Part shown: positions 36,718 through 45,575 of the stretch, one piece after another
Position numbering within the stretch: position 1 is the first letter of the stretch
Layout: the number at the start of each line of letters is the position of its first letter
Program-made: the position numbers and the translations under genes
Source: Clostridiaceae bacterium
GTDB lineage: Bacteria; Bacillota; Clostridia; Oscillospirales; QAMX01
Reading direction: 5' to 3'
Length of the DNA stretch: 64,000 nucleotides
Assembly: GCA_018384365.1 (NCBI GenBank)
Contig: JAHAYX010000001.1
Location: 101,678-165,677, forward strand
Notes under the pieces: model-generated
Databases searched by the model: none
What the model saw: only the letters and a program-made list of their open reading frames with translations
What the model was told of the DNA's origin: nothing

Positions 36718-36816
36718 GCACAACTTTGCGTTGAGTTGTAATTTTCGGTTGCGCAACTTTGCGTTGATGTCAATTTTGCGCGACTCAACTGCGTGTTAAT
36801 TGACAAAATTGCCGTT
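36718..36816. repeat. Three imperfect ~33-bp tandem repeats (candidate operator/iteron array)
   Basis: CAACTTTGCGTTGA is perfect at 36721-36734 and 36754-36767, with a degenerate CAACTGCGTGTTAA at 36786-36799. Also the inverted repeat TGTCAATT (36769-36776) / AATTGACA (36799-36806). Confidence 0.7.
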
Positions 36817-37098
36817 TTTCAGTACAATTTAGCCGTAATCAAAAAACGTGTCCCCAAAACGCGCGATCCATTCTGTTGAGGTACAAGAGTATGCGCAAAT
36901 ACCCGGAAGCCGGTGCAGAAAACCGGCAGAACAAGGAAACTGCTTGGAACAATCCGAAAAACACCGGCTGCGGTTCTTCCCGGAACCTGTCCCGCTGGGA
37001 ACTTATCACAAATTCACCGCCGGAGGCAGGTCTGCTGCTGTGGCGAGAAACAAAACGCTATCATCACACTTATTAAATATCTGAAGGAGGCATACAGT

Positions 37099-38610
37099 AT
37101 GTACGATTTATCTGGTCTTGGTCTTCGCATCCGTCAGCTTCGGATGCAGAAGGGCTTTACGCAAGATTCCTTTGCGAAGGAACTGGGCGTTTCCGCACAG
37201 GCGGTATCCAAATGGGAGACAGGCGCCGGCTGCCCGGACATTGCCATGCTTCCCCTGATTGCGAATATCCTGGAAACATCCATCGACTCTCTGTTCACCG
37301 ATGCTGATCCGGAGCCGGCTGCGGCAATCCGCGAGGAAAAACCGGCAGAGCCGGTTCCCGGCGAACTGGTTCCTGTCTATACGGAGGAGCCGGAGCAAGA
37401 ACAGCCCGGAGAACTGCGTGTCGTATTCGCCAGTGCAAATCTGGAGTGTCTTTCCGACATGACGCCGGAGTCGATCGACGGTCTGACCGTCCGGTTCCCG
37501 GACGGCAGCAGCGCCGACCTGAAAACCCGCACCATCGTCAATTACGGAAACTTCACAATCAAAATCCGCGAAGCTGAGCGACGCAATGTGCAGGATAAAG
37601 CGGCATTTCCGTCCAACCTCGGCGACGAAATCTTTAGAGAGGTGGACGATGTCCTGAAAAATTCCGGCATTTATGCGATGGGCGATCTCGGCGAAGCCCT
37701 TACCGAACGCATCAACCGGGCGGTGGATAAAGGCCGCGTCTATGTCGTCCCCGAAGAAGAATCGAAAAAACCCGGGGAGCTTTCCTGGAACGGTGCGGAC
37801 ATTGATTCGCTCGACATCTCCGTTTCCGGCAGCGTGAACGTCAACGTGCACGAAGGCACGCCAGGCAAGTGGAGCATCGTTGCGCGCGGGCGGCGCGAAT
37901 TTTTAAACAGCCTGCGCTGCATCGAGGACGGAAACCTTCTGAAAATCGAAACGCTCCCCTACCAATCCACACGCAGCTGGCTGCTCGGCGGTGCGAAAAA
38001 CACCATTGATATCTGCACCGGCTTTGCGCAGGGCGTTGACCTCGACGCAAAAATCAAAGGCTCCGGCAATCTCATCTGCGAGCCGGCCTTCCAGTCCAGC
38101 AGCGTATCCGTCAGCGGCTCCGGCGATGTGGAACTGGGTGACGCCGGCAATCTGACCAGTAAAATCAGCGGGTCCGGCGACATCACGTTTGTTTCCGCCC
38201 GGAATGCCAACGTCACGGTTTCCGGCTCCGGCGATATCCACGCGGGCCGTATCGAGGGCATCAGCGAGGTAAAAATCAGCGGGTCCGGCGATGCGGATCT
38301 CTCCATTGTCACGGGCAAGCTCACCTGCAACGTCGGCGGCTCGGGCGACATCAACATCGGTGAAATGGATCTGGAGAACCTCAGCGTACGCATTTCCGGT
38401 TCCGGCGACGCCGCAGTTGCCGCCGGTAAAACCGACCGGCTGGAAGTCAAGCTCGGCGGTTCCAGCGATTTCGATGCACCCTGCATCACGGTAGGCGAGC
38501 TTGTAGCCGAATTGAACGGCCCGTCCGACGCAGTGATCGGCCGCCTGCTCGGCAAATCCGTGGAGCGTATCAGCCGTATGTCCACGCTGCGCATCCTGCA
38601 GCGCGGCTGA
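37099..38610 (+). CDS. XRE-family HTH protein fused to a DUF2807/GIN-type beta-helix domain
   Basis: N-terminal HTH (LRMQKGFTQDSFAKELGVSAQAVSKWETG), an acidic/proline linker and a C-terminus with at least 7 SGSGD(I/V) rung repeats. No TM seen. Start at MYDLSG after a GAAGGAGG SD. Confidence 0.75.
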   Translation: MYDLSGLGLRIRQLRMQKGFTQDSFAKELGVSAQAVSKWETGAGCPDIAMLPLIANILETSIDSLFTDADPEPAAAIREEKPAEPVPGELVPVYTEEPEQEQPGELRVVFASANLECLSDMTPESIDGLTVRFPDGSSADLKTRTIVNYGNFTIKIREAERRNVQDKAAFPSNLGDEIFREVDDVLKNSGIYAMGDLGEALTERINRAVDKGRVYVVPEEESKKPGELSWNGADIDSLDISVSGSVNVNVHEGTPGKWSIVARGRREFLNSLRCIEDGNLLKIETLPYQSTRSWLLGGAKNTIDICTGFAQGVDLDAKIKGSGNLICEPAFQSSSVSVSGSGDVELGDAGNLTSKISGSGDITFVSARNANVTVSGSGDIHAGRIEGISEVKISGSGDADLSIVTGKLTCNVGGSGDINIGEMDLENLSVRISGSGDAAVAAGKTDRLEVKLGGSSDFDAPCITVGELVAELNGPSDAVIGRLLGKSVERISRMSTLRILQRG

Positions 38611-38739
38611 GTATTCCAAAAAGAGAAGGTTCCGGCACAATCCAAGCCAACGGACAGCCACAGCAGAATGCATTGCTGTGGTTGTTCTTGTATTTTCTGA
38701 CTCGTGATCGTATAAGGCCATGCGGCGCTGCAAAGCAGG

Positions 38740-38774
38740 ACACCCCGGGCATGCAGATGCCCGGGGTGTTTTTG
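38740..38774 (+). terminator. Rho-independent terminator after the HTH-GIN gene
   Basis: 13-bp stem ACACCCCGGGCAT/ATGCCCGGGGTGT followed by TTTTT. Confidence 0.8.
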
Positions 38775-38829
38775 CCTATTCCGCTGTTTTTTCGGACGCC
38801 GCTCGCAAAGCGCGGGCCCTTTTTTTGTT

Positions 38830-39759
38830 TTATTCTGCCACAAGGCCGGGATTTGGGGTATAGGGCGTATCAAAATTTTCATAAAACGACGACGTTGTCA
38901 CTTCGCCGTTAATCAAAAACTGCACGCGGTCAATATAGGAAAGCTCGCACAGCGAATTGACAAACGAATAGAGTTTCAGGCTGAAGCCTTCGCCGTTTTT
39001 GATGGAGAGATTCAGAAAATCCTCATTGAAATTCAGATAGCAGACGCGATTATGGATGGAAAGTCCCAGAAACTCCGTCCTGTCGGAAACGACATGGTTG
39101 ATAGTCCCGTTACTCTGCCGTCCCTCCATCAGAATGGCCACGATGCTTGCAGCCGGCTGCTCCGCATCGGAGAGCGTGCAGGTAAATTCGTCGGCAGCCA
39201 GCGTTCCCGTCTCCCGGTCGGGAAAGTAGATGCGAAAAACATAGTCGCGCAGCCGCATATAGTCCGTACTGCTGACTACATCCTCCGGCTTCAACACGGA
39301 ACGGTCGCCCTCGCCCTCCACCAATATTATCACGCCGCTAATGGGGATGTCGTTCACGCTGTTTAAGGCAAAAAGTGTGAAAGCTGTGCAATAATCCGCA
39401 ATTGTCCGGGAAATCCCCGTCAGTTCGTCATAGCTCCGGTTGAAATCCACGGTAAGAATGCCGCGTTTCGATATACTCACCGAGCGGACTGTCGTTTTTT
39501 TCGGGAAGGCGCTCACCATCGTTTCATCCTCCGGGTCCGTCATGGCAAGCTGCAGAACCAGGCTGCACAGGCGCTCATCGTCAGAGGCCGCGACCTTGCG
39601 CGTCGCATAGCAAAACACCTCTCCCTCCGTGCTGTCTGCGCAGAGGTAAGCAATGCGCACTTCTCTCAGGTCCTCCCGCTGTGCGCAGCCGGATATCCAC
39701 AACAGCAAAAAGGCCGCACAGAGGGCCACTGCGGCAAGCTGCCGCCGATCATGCATCAT
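38830..39759 (-). CDS. GerMN-domain lipoprotein (GerM-like)
   Basis: Lipobox ISGC and two GerMN-like halves (for example LTVDFNRSY..., CYLNFNEDF...). 10 nt downstream of the kinase gene. Confidence 0.7.
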   Translation of the reverse strand: MMHDRRQLAAVALCAAFLLLWISGCAQREDLREVRIAYLCADSTEGEVFCYATRKVAASDDERLCSLVLQLAMTDPEDETMVSAFPKKTTVRSVSISKRGILTVDFNRSYDELTGISRTIADYCTAFTLFALNSVNDIPISGVIILVEGEGDRSVLKPEDVVSSTDYMRLRDYVFRIYFPDRETGTLAADEFTCTLSDAEQPAASIVAILMEGRQSNGTINHVVSDRTEFLGLSIHNRVCYLNFNEDFLNLSIKNGEGFSLKLYSFVNSLCELSYIDRVQFLINGEVTTSSFYENFDTPYTPNPGLVAE

Positions 39760-39768
39760 GAATCCTCC

Positions 39769-41178
39769 TTAGAAAAGCTGGTAATCCTCAGGTTTCAGGG
39801 CCGGGATCGTAAACGTGAAGCGTGTGCCGCCGGATTCCCGGTTTTCGGCCCACACGTGCCCGCCATATTCCTCCACCGTCTTCTGCACGATGGAAAGGCC
39901 CAGACCGGTGCCTCCCGTTTCCCGAGAGCGTGCCTTATCCACCCGGTAAAAGCGCTCAAAAATATGCTCCAGATCGCTTTCCGGAATACCGATGCCGGTA
40001 TCGTCCACAATACAATAAACCAGGCCGTCGCGCACATAGGTCAGCGCGCGGACCGAGCCGCCCGGATGGTTATATTTCAGCGCATTCTCCATCAGATTGA
40101 AAACGATCTGATAAATGCCGTCCTCCTCGGCCATCACCAGGCAGTCATCCGCCGTTTCACAGGAAATGGTATTGCGGTAATGCTCGGCAAGCGGTTTCAG
40201 CATACGCGCCGCGCGCTGCACAACATAGGAGACATTCACCGGCGTGAATTCCTGATGAATCTGCACGTCCAGCCTGGTCAGACTTAAAAGCCGGTCCGTG
40301 ATACGCGTCAGGCGCACGATTTCTTCGCTGATATCGTTTAAAAAGTCGCGTACATCGTCCATGCTCATGCCGCGGTTCTGCAAAATGGAGTCCGTCAGCA
40401 GTTTGATGGAGGCAAGCGGTGTTTTGAGTTCGTGCGAAGCGTTTGAAACAAATTGGCGGCGCAGGTTTTCCGTTTCCTCCAGGCGTCCGGACAGTTCGTT
40501 GAACTCGTCCGCGATCAGGCTGATCTCGTCGCGTCCCCGGGATGGGGCACGGTGGCTGTAATTTCCCTTTCGGACTTCGCCGATCGCCACAATCAGGTTC
40601 CGGATGCGGCGGCGCAGCGCAGACGAAAAGAACAGGCTGACCGCCAGCGTGAACACGGAGAGAATGATGGTCATATAGCGCAGATAACGCTGCATGGATA
40701 ACAGCAGCGCACCCTGCTGCTCGTCGTATTCATAAAAATAAACCGCACCGAATATTTCGCCGCGGTAGGTAATCGGAACGGCGGCGCTGGACTCAAACGC
40801 GCCGTCGATATAGGAACACAGGAAAAAGTCATGATTGGAGAGCGCAGAAAGCAATCCGGGCATGATCAGAGAGCGCCCCACCAGGCTCGAATCCTTCGAG
40901 CTGTCGAAGAGCACTTTCCCCACGGTGTCCGTGACAAACACACGGCCTTCCCCGTAAATATCCAGCAGGGACATTACCGCCGTCACGCGTTCGCTGTCCA
41001 GCGACTGCAAACCCGACAGGCTGGACGAAACGATATTGGCAGTGCGCAGCATATCCCCGCGTTTTGTCTTTACCATCAAATCCTGTGCGGTCAGAAGCGG
41101 ATAGGTGTTGATCAGCACCACGATTACCACAAGCATGCCGGCAAAAAGCGCCATCAGCTTGAAGCTCAGGCTGTGCAC
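39769..41178 (-). CDS. Sensor histidine kinase (2 TM, HAMP, HisKA, HATPase_c)
   Basis: H-box SHELKTPL, N-box ALKYN and G-boxes DDTGIGIP and GGTGLGLSI. The start codon (GTG at 41178) is uncertain. Confidence 0.9.
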   Translation of the reverse strand: MHSLSFKLMALFAGMLVVIVVLINTYPLLTAQDLMVKTKRGDMLRTANIVSSSLSGLQSLDSERVTAVMSLLDIYGEGRVFVTDTVGKVLFDSSKDSSLVGRSLIMPGLLSALSNHDFFLCSYIDGAFESSAAVPITYRGEIFGAVYFYEYDEQQGALLLSMQRYLRYMTIILSVFTLAVSLFFSSALRRRIRNLIVAIGEVRKGNYSHRAPSRGRDEISLIADEFNELSGRLEETENLRRQFVSNASHELKTPLASIKLLTDSILQNRGMSMDDVRDFLNDISEEIVRLTRITDRLLSLTRLDVQIHQEFTPVNVSYVVQRAARMLKPLAEHYRNTISCETADDCLVMAEEDGIYQIVFNLMENALKYNHPGGSVRALTYVRDGLVYCIVDDTGIGIPESDLEHIFERFYRVDKARSRETGGTGLGLSIVQKTVEEYGGHVWAENRESGGTRFTFTIPALKPEDYQLF

Positions 41179-41203
41179 AAACTCCGCCGGAGACGACCGC
41201 CCG

Positions 41204-41884
41204 TCACTGTTTGAAATAATAGCCTACGCCCCATTTCGTGAGTATATATTCCGGCTGCGCGGAATTGGCTTCAATTTTCTCCCGCAGATGCCGGATATGC
41301 ACGTCCACCGTGCGGATATCGCCGGGCGAGTCATAGCCCCACACCGTGCTGAGCAGGTTATCCCGGGAGTAAACGCGTCCCGGATTGCGCATGAAAAGCT
41401 CCAGCAGATCGAATTCCTTGACCGTCAGGATCACCGGGTTGCCTTCCACGAATACACTGCGTTCCAGCGCGTCCAGCTCAATGCCGCCCCGGGCAATGCG
41501 GTGCGCATTGTCATGCCGGTCCGCGCTTCCCGCGCGGCGCAGTATGGCCCGGATGCGAGCCTTCAGCTCCATAATATTGAAGGGCTTTGTGATGTAATCG
41601 TCCGCGCCGTATTCAAAGCCGATCAATTTGTCATTATCGCCGGTTTTGGCCGTCAGCATAATCACCGGCACATTGGAAAACTCCCGGATACGGCGGCAGG
41701 CCTCCAGTCCGTCGATTTTCGGCAGCATCAGATCCAGCAGAATCACGTCATACGTGTTTCCCTCCACCAGACGAACAGCCTCTTCTCCGTCGAAGGCGGC
41801 GTCCACTTCGTAACCATCGTTTTCCAGATTGAATTTAATGCCCTTTACAAGCAGTTTTTCATCGTCTACTACGAGTATTTTCAT
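41204..41884 (-). CDS. OmpR/PhoB-family response regulator
   Basis: Receiver domain (ILVVDDE, DVILLDLMLP, K in TAK) plus a winged-helix C-terminus (LTVKEFDLLELFM ... GVGYYF). Confidence 0.95.
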   Translation of the reverse strand: MKILVVDDEKLLVKGIKFNLENDGYEVDAAFDGEEAVRLVEGNTYDVILLDLMLPKIDGLEACRRIREFSNVPVIMLTAKTGDNDKLIGFEYGADDYITKPFNIMELKARIRAILRRAGSADRHDNAHRIARGGIELDALERSVFVEGNPVILTVKEFDLLELFMRNPGRVYSRDNLLSTVWGYDSPGDIRTVDVHIRHLREKIEANSAQPEYILTKWGVGYYFKQ

Positions 41885-42247
41885 CTAAATGCTCCTTTCG
41901 GCGTCACCCCGCGCAGTATTCCGTCAAAATTATTTGACAAGCACCGCAGAATTGAGTAAAATGAGAGACACGAAACAGGGGAAAAAGCTTTTTCCCTATG
42001 CGGTTATGCCTGTCTTTGGCTGCAAAAACATCGGTTTTCAAAGCGTTTCCGCGCAAGAGGAAAGCCGGATAGCCCTTGCGTCTGCGAAAGCGGACGTCCG
42101 GCAGGCCCGAAGGGTATCGCGGACGGCCTTCCGGTTTCCAAAGCGGCAATGCTTTTTCTTTTTCATGTTATCAAATTCAGTATATCATAAATCCGAACAC
42201 TTTCAAAGGGATTTGTCAGAAATTCTACCAAGGCGGAAGGAGCGCGC

Positions 42248-43579
42248 ATGAAAAAACGCAGATTCCCGGCAGCCGTGCTGCTGCTTGCCATACTCTGTTC
42301 CCTGTCCTTCAGCTTCCGTGCGGCCGCCGCCCGGGAGGGTGAACCGAAAATCCGGTCAAACGCCGCCATTCTCTACGAAGTCACAAGCGGCGAACTGGTT
42401 TACGAAAAAAACGGCAAACAAAAGGCCTATCCGGCCAGTACCACAAAGATTATGACGGCGCTTTTAGCGCTGGAAAACTGTGAGATGGACGAGCCTGTCA
42501 CCGTCACGCGCGCCGCGCTGAACACCGTTTCCCCGGGATCCAGCATTGCCGGCCTGCAAAACGGCGAAGTGCTCTCCATGTATGAAATGCTGGAATGTCT
42601 GCTGGTCGCCTCCGGCAATGACGCCGCCAGCGTCATTGCGGCGCATATCGGCGGCACGGTGGCACAGTTCGTTGAAATGATGAATGAGCGCTCCCGGGAG
42701 CTTGGCTGCACCAGCACGCATTACACAAACCCCTCCGGCCTGCACGACGAAGAGCATTACACCACCGCAGAGGATCTTTTGAAAGTTACCGTCGAAGCCA
42801 TGAAGCATCCCGAATTTGTAGAAATCGTCGGCAGTGCCCAGGTGACGATCCCGGAAACGAACAAAGTCGACCATCCGCGTTACTTCAACAACACGAACCA
42901 GCTGATTTCGCAGGCCGTGACCAGCGTAAATCTGTACAGCAAGGCAACCGGAATCAAAACCGGCCATACCACGCCGGCGGGCTACTGCCTCGTTTCTTCT
43001 GCGGAAAACGGGGACCTTTCCTACATAGCCATCGTTCTGGGCGGATATATCGACGAAAACACCGGCCGCAATTACAGCTATGTGGATTCCATCAATCTGT
43101 TCCTCTGGGGCTTTTCCGATTTCAAATACCGTACCATCGTCAGCACCTCCGACCTGGTGAAGGAGCTGGAGGTCGATCTGGCAAAGGAAAAGGACTTCGT
43201 CATCCTTCGCGCGGCGGAGGATGTGACGGCATTTTTGCACGAGGACGATGACATTGATGCCATTTTCACCAAAACCATCTCCGTGCAGGAGAACATCACC
43301 GCGCCGGTGGAGCGCGGCGACATTTTGGGCACCATGACCATCCTGCGCGGCAGCGAAGTCTATGCGCGCGTGGATCTCGTTGCCACCAACACGGTCGAAC
43401 GCTCCGAGGGACTTTACTATTTTGAACAGCTCGGTGCATTTTTTGAAAAACCCCTTGTCCGGGCTTTCGTGGCCCTGCTGCTGGCAGCACTGATCGTGTA
43501 TATCATTTTCGTCATCTTCTATAATAAGCGCCGCCGGAACATCAACCGGCGCAAGCGCCAGCGCGGTCTGGATGACTAA
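42248..43579 (+). CDS. D-alanyl-D-alanine carboxypeptidase (PBP5/S11 family)
   Basis: Signal peptide, SxxK motif ASTTKIMT, SGN motif, KTG motif (IKTGHT) and a C-terminal membrane anchor. Confidence 0.9.
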   Translation: MKKRRFPAAVLLLAILCSLSFSFRAAAAREGEPKIRSNAAILYEVTSGELVYEKNGKQKAYPASTTKIMTALLALENCEMDEPVTVTRAALNTVSPGSSIAGLQNGEVLSMYEMLECLLVASGNDAASVIAAHIGGTVAQFVEMMNERSRELGCTSTHYTNPSGLHDEEHYTTAEDLLKVTVEAMKHPEFVEIVGSAQVTIPETNKVDHPRYFNNTNQLISQAVTSVNLYSKATGIKTGHTTPAGYCLVSSAENGDLSYIAIVLGGYIDENTGRNYSYVDSINLFLWGFSDFKYRTIVSTSDLVKELEVDLAKEKDFVILRAAEDVTAFLHEDDDIDAIFTKTISVQENITAPVERGDILGTMTILRGSEVYARVDLVATNTVERSEGLYYFEQLGAFFEKPLVRAFVALLLAALIVYIIFVIFYNKRRRNINRRKRQRGLDD

Positions 43580-43650
43580 GGCGCTCCCGCCGGAATTTCC
43601 TCCGAAATTCCGCCTGCGCGCAGGCAATTCTGATAATTTAAAAAAAGTTC

Positions 43651-43679
43651 TTGCATATTGCGCATTTCCATGCTATAAT
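43651..43679 (+). promoter_or_regulatory. Sigma-A promoter of secG
   Basis: TTGCAT, 17 nt, TGcTATAAT. Confidence 0.6.
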
Positions 43680-43718
43680 ATGCAGTACTTATGTGAAACA
43701 GGGTGGGTGTACTGATAA

Positions 43719-43958
43719 ATGGAAACTTTAAATCTGATAATCAGCATCGTGCAGGTCGTTCTGGCCATCGCAGTCATTTTCCTTGTCCTCCTGCAGCAGG
43801 GCAAGCGTGCCGGTCTGTCCGGAGCCATTTCCGGCGGCGCAGAAACCTTCTTCGGCAAGAATAAGGCCAGCTCCATGGATGCGCTTCTCAGCCGTCTGAC
43901 CATCATTCTGTCCATACTGCTTGGCATTTCCACGCTGGCACTGAACCTCGTGCATTGA
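43719..43958 (+). CDS. secG: Preprotein translocase subunit SecG
   Basis: 79 aa, two TM helices and the [17 protein letters not shown] motif. Confidence 0.9.
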   Translation: METLNLIISIVQVVLAIAVIFLVLLQQGKRAGLSGAISGGAETFFGKNKASSMDALLSRLTIILSILLGISTLALNLVH

Positions 43959-43980
43959 CAGCTTTTTTAGCCTGCATAGC

Positions 43981-44022
43981 AAACTCCGTTTGCCGGAAAT
44001 CCCCGGTAAACGGAGTTTTTTC
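43981..44022 (+). terminator. secG terminator
   Basis: 16-bp stem AAACTCCGTTTGCCGG/CCGGTAAACGGAGTTT followed by a T-run. Confidence 0.85.
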
Positions 44023-44032
44023 TCTGATTTTC

Positions 44033-44070
44033 GGCCAAAAACGGCGGCAAACAGAACTGTTTGCCGCCGT
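44033..44070 (-). terminator. Terminator closing the phage-like gene block
   Basis: 14-bp palindrome ACGGCGGCAAACAG/CTGTTTGCCGCCGT followed by TTTTTGG on the minus strand. Confidence 0.8.
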
Positions 44071-44100
44071 TTCCCGTTTTCAGCTGGCAGACACGGCCCT

Positions 44101-44247
44101 TCAGGCCTTCTGCCACGAGCCGTCGCGATAGATATCGCCAATGCCGTACGCATCCGGGATCTCAACAAAGCCCATCTCCGCAGCAAAAGTCTCTCCCGCC
44201 ACAACGATGTTCACGCACACCTCATCTTGGATCACGGCATATCTCAT
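44101..44247 (-). CDS. Small hypothetical protein (48 aa), last gene of the block
   Basis: Below the ORF-track size cutoff. Reads MRYAVIQDEVCVNIVVAGETFAAEMGFVEIPDAYGIGDIYRDGSWQKA, with a GGAGG SD 15 nt after the fibre stop. No TM, so not a holin. Confidence 0.5.
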   Translation of the reverse strand: MRYAVIQDEVCVNIVVAGETFAAEMGFVEIPDAYGIGDIYRDGSWQKA

Positions 44248-44262
44248 ATGCAGCCTCCTTCC

Positions 44263-45561
44263 TTAGTCCTGCGGCAGGGCAAGCGGTGCGAACCACTCGA
44301 TCAGGGCATAGCCGTTGCCGCCATTGCCGCCGGCGTTGATAAAACTGTACTTGGCGTTGGATTTCGGCGTTGTCCGGTTGATATACGGCGCGCAGCCGCC
44401 TCCACCGCCGCAGCCATAGCCCTTTGCGCTGCCGCCCGGGGAAGCCTGTCCCGCGATATGACGGCTGAGGGAAAATTCGCCGCCGTTACCGCCGCCCATT
44501 CGTCCGGGCCCTGCTTCTATCACCAGATCCCCGCCCGACTCCGTAATCTCGTTGTCCGAAATCTTCACTGAATTGCGCAAACCAGGCAGATATCCCGCTC
44601 CGGAAGCGCCGCCCAGCAGCGTTGACTGGGAGCTGCTCAGGGTCAACGGTACATAGCAGGCAAAGGCACAGCCGCTGATGCGCTGGCTGGTTTTCAGCAG
44701 TTCCTCCGCGCCGAAGGACAGGGAAGATTCACCGCCCGCCGATGCAAATCCATCGCACGAGGAAAAGGTCGGCATCGTACTGGGGCCGCTTCCGGCGGAA
44801 TTCAGCACATATGCATTGCCGGTGCGTCCCATGCCGCCGGCCCCGATTACAAACGTATAACTTTCCTCCTGATACAGTGCAAACCGCTTTGACACTGCAA
44901 CAGACGCATCGCCGCCGGCGCCGCAGAAAAAGGTCCTTGGATAATTGGAGTTGGAATTCAGCGTGGTGTCGTACACGGCAAAGCCGCTGCCGCCGCCTCC
45001 TCCGCCTCCGAGTAAGGTGACGGTGTAAATTCCGTCATACGGCGGCGACCAGTTGCAGGATTCCGTAATCAGATACGACTCGTGAAAATCCCCCAGCCCG
45101 TCGCCCAGTTTCTCCGCCGTGACCGCTCCGTCGGCCAGCTTCTCCTGCGACACACAGCCGGGCGCCAGTTTTTCCGCCGTCACCGCCTCTGCGGCCAGTT
45201 TTGGGCCTGTCACAGCGCCGTCTTTCAGTTTTGCGGCAGAGAGGGTATTGTCCGGAATCGCGCCAACCGCCGTCTGATCAATCAGATTTTTCAGCGATGC
45301 AAGCTGCCGGGCAACGGTCTGCCCCTCAACTCCCGCAATTGCGGCAGCGCCGATACGCTGCGCGCCTGCCGTTCCCGCTTCCACGGAATTCAGCTGCTTT
45401 TGCAGCGCGTTGAGGTGATCCCGCAGCTGATCGGAAACGCCCTGGATTTGGCCGCGGATCGCCTCCTCGTTTTCCGGCTCCGTCGGGGAATACGCATGAT
45501 CGCGCAGACCCTCCGCAGGCGAAAAGGCAAAATCCTCAAATTTTATCAGTTCATTGGGCAT
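44263..45561 (-). CDS. Tail-fibre-like protein with decapeptide repeats and a glycine-rich C-terminal domain
   Basis: Start at MPNELIKFEDF (AAGGAGG SD). KLxxGAVTAE repeats at aa 111-155, then a GGGGGGGSG run and a Gly/Ser/Asn-rich C-terminus typical of phage receptor-binding fibres. Confidence 0.65.
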   Translation of the reverse strand: MPNELIKFEDFAFSPAEGLRDHAYSPTEPENEEAIRGQIQGVSDQLRDHLNALQKQLNSVEAGTAGAQRIGAAAIAGVEGQTVARQLASLKNLIDQTAVGAIPDNTLSAAKLKDGAVTGPKLAAEAVTAEKLAPGCVSQEKLADGAVTAEKLGDGLGDFHESYLITESCNWSPPYDGIYTVTLLGGGGGGGSGFAVYDTTLNSNSNYPRTFFCGAGGDASVAVSKRFALYQEESYTFVIGAGGMGRTGNAYVLNSAGSGPSTMPTFSSCDGFASAGGESSLSFGAEELLKTSQRISGCAFACYVPLTLSSSQSTLLGGASGAGYLPGLRNSVKISDNEITESGGDLVIEAGPGRMGGGNGGEFSLSRHIAGQASPGGSAKGYGCGGGGGCAPYINRTTPKSNAKYSFINAGGNGGNGYALIEWFAPLALPQD

Positions 45562-45575
45562 TGCTCCGCCCTCCT

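Noticed and set aside
36848-37084. Small + strand ORFs (78 aa and 66 aa) in the dpaA/HTH intergenic gap
   Set aside because: They have no SD, they overlap each other in different frames, and their composition is non-protein-like. The real gene start at 37099 has a strong GAAGGAGG SD.
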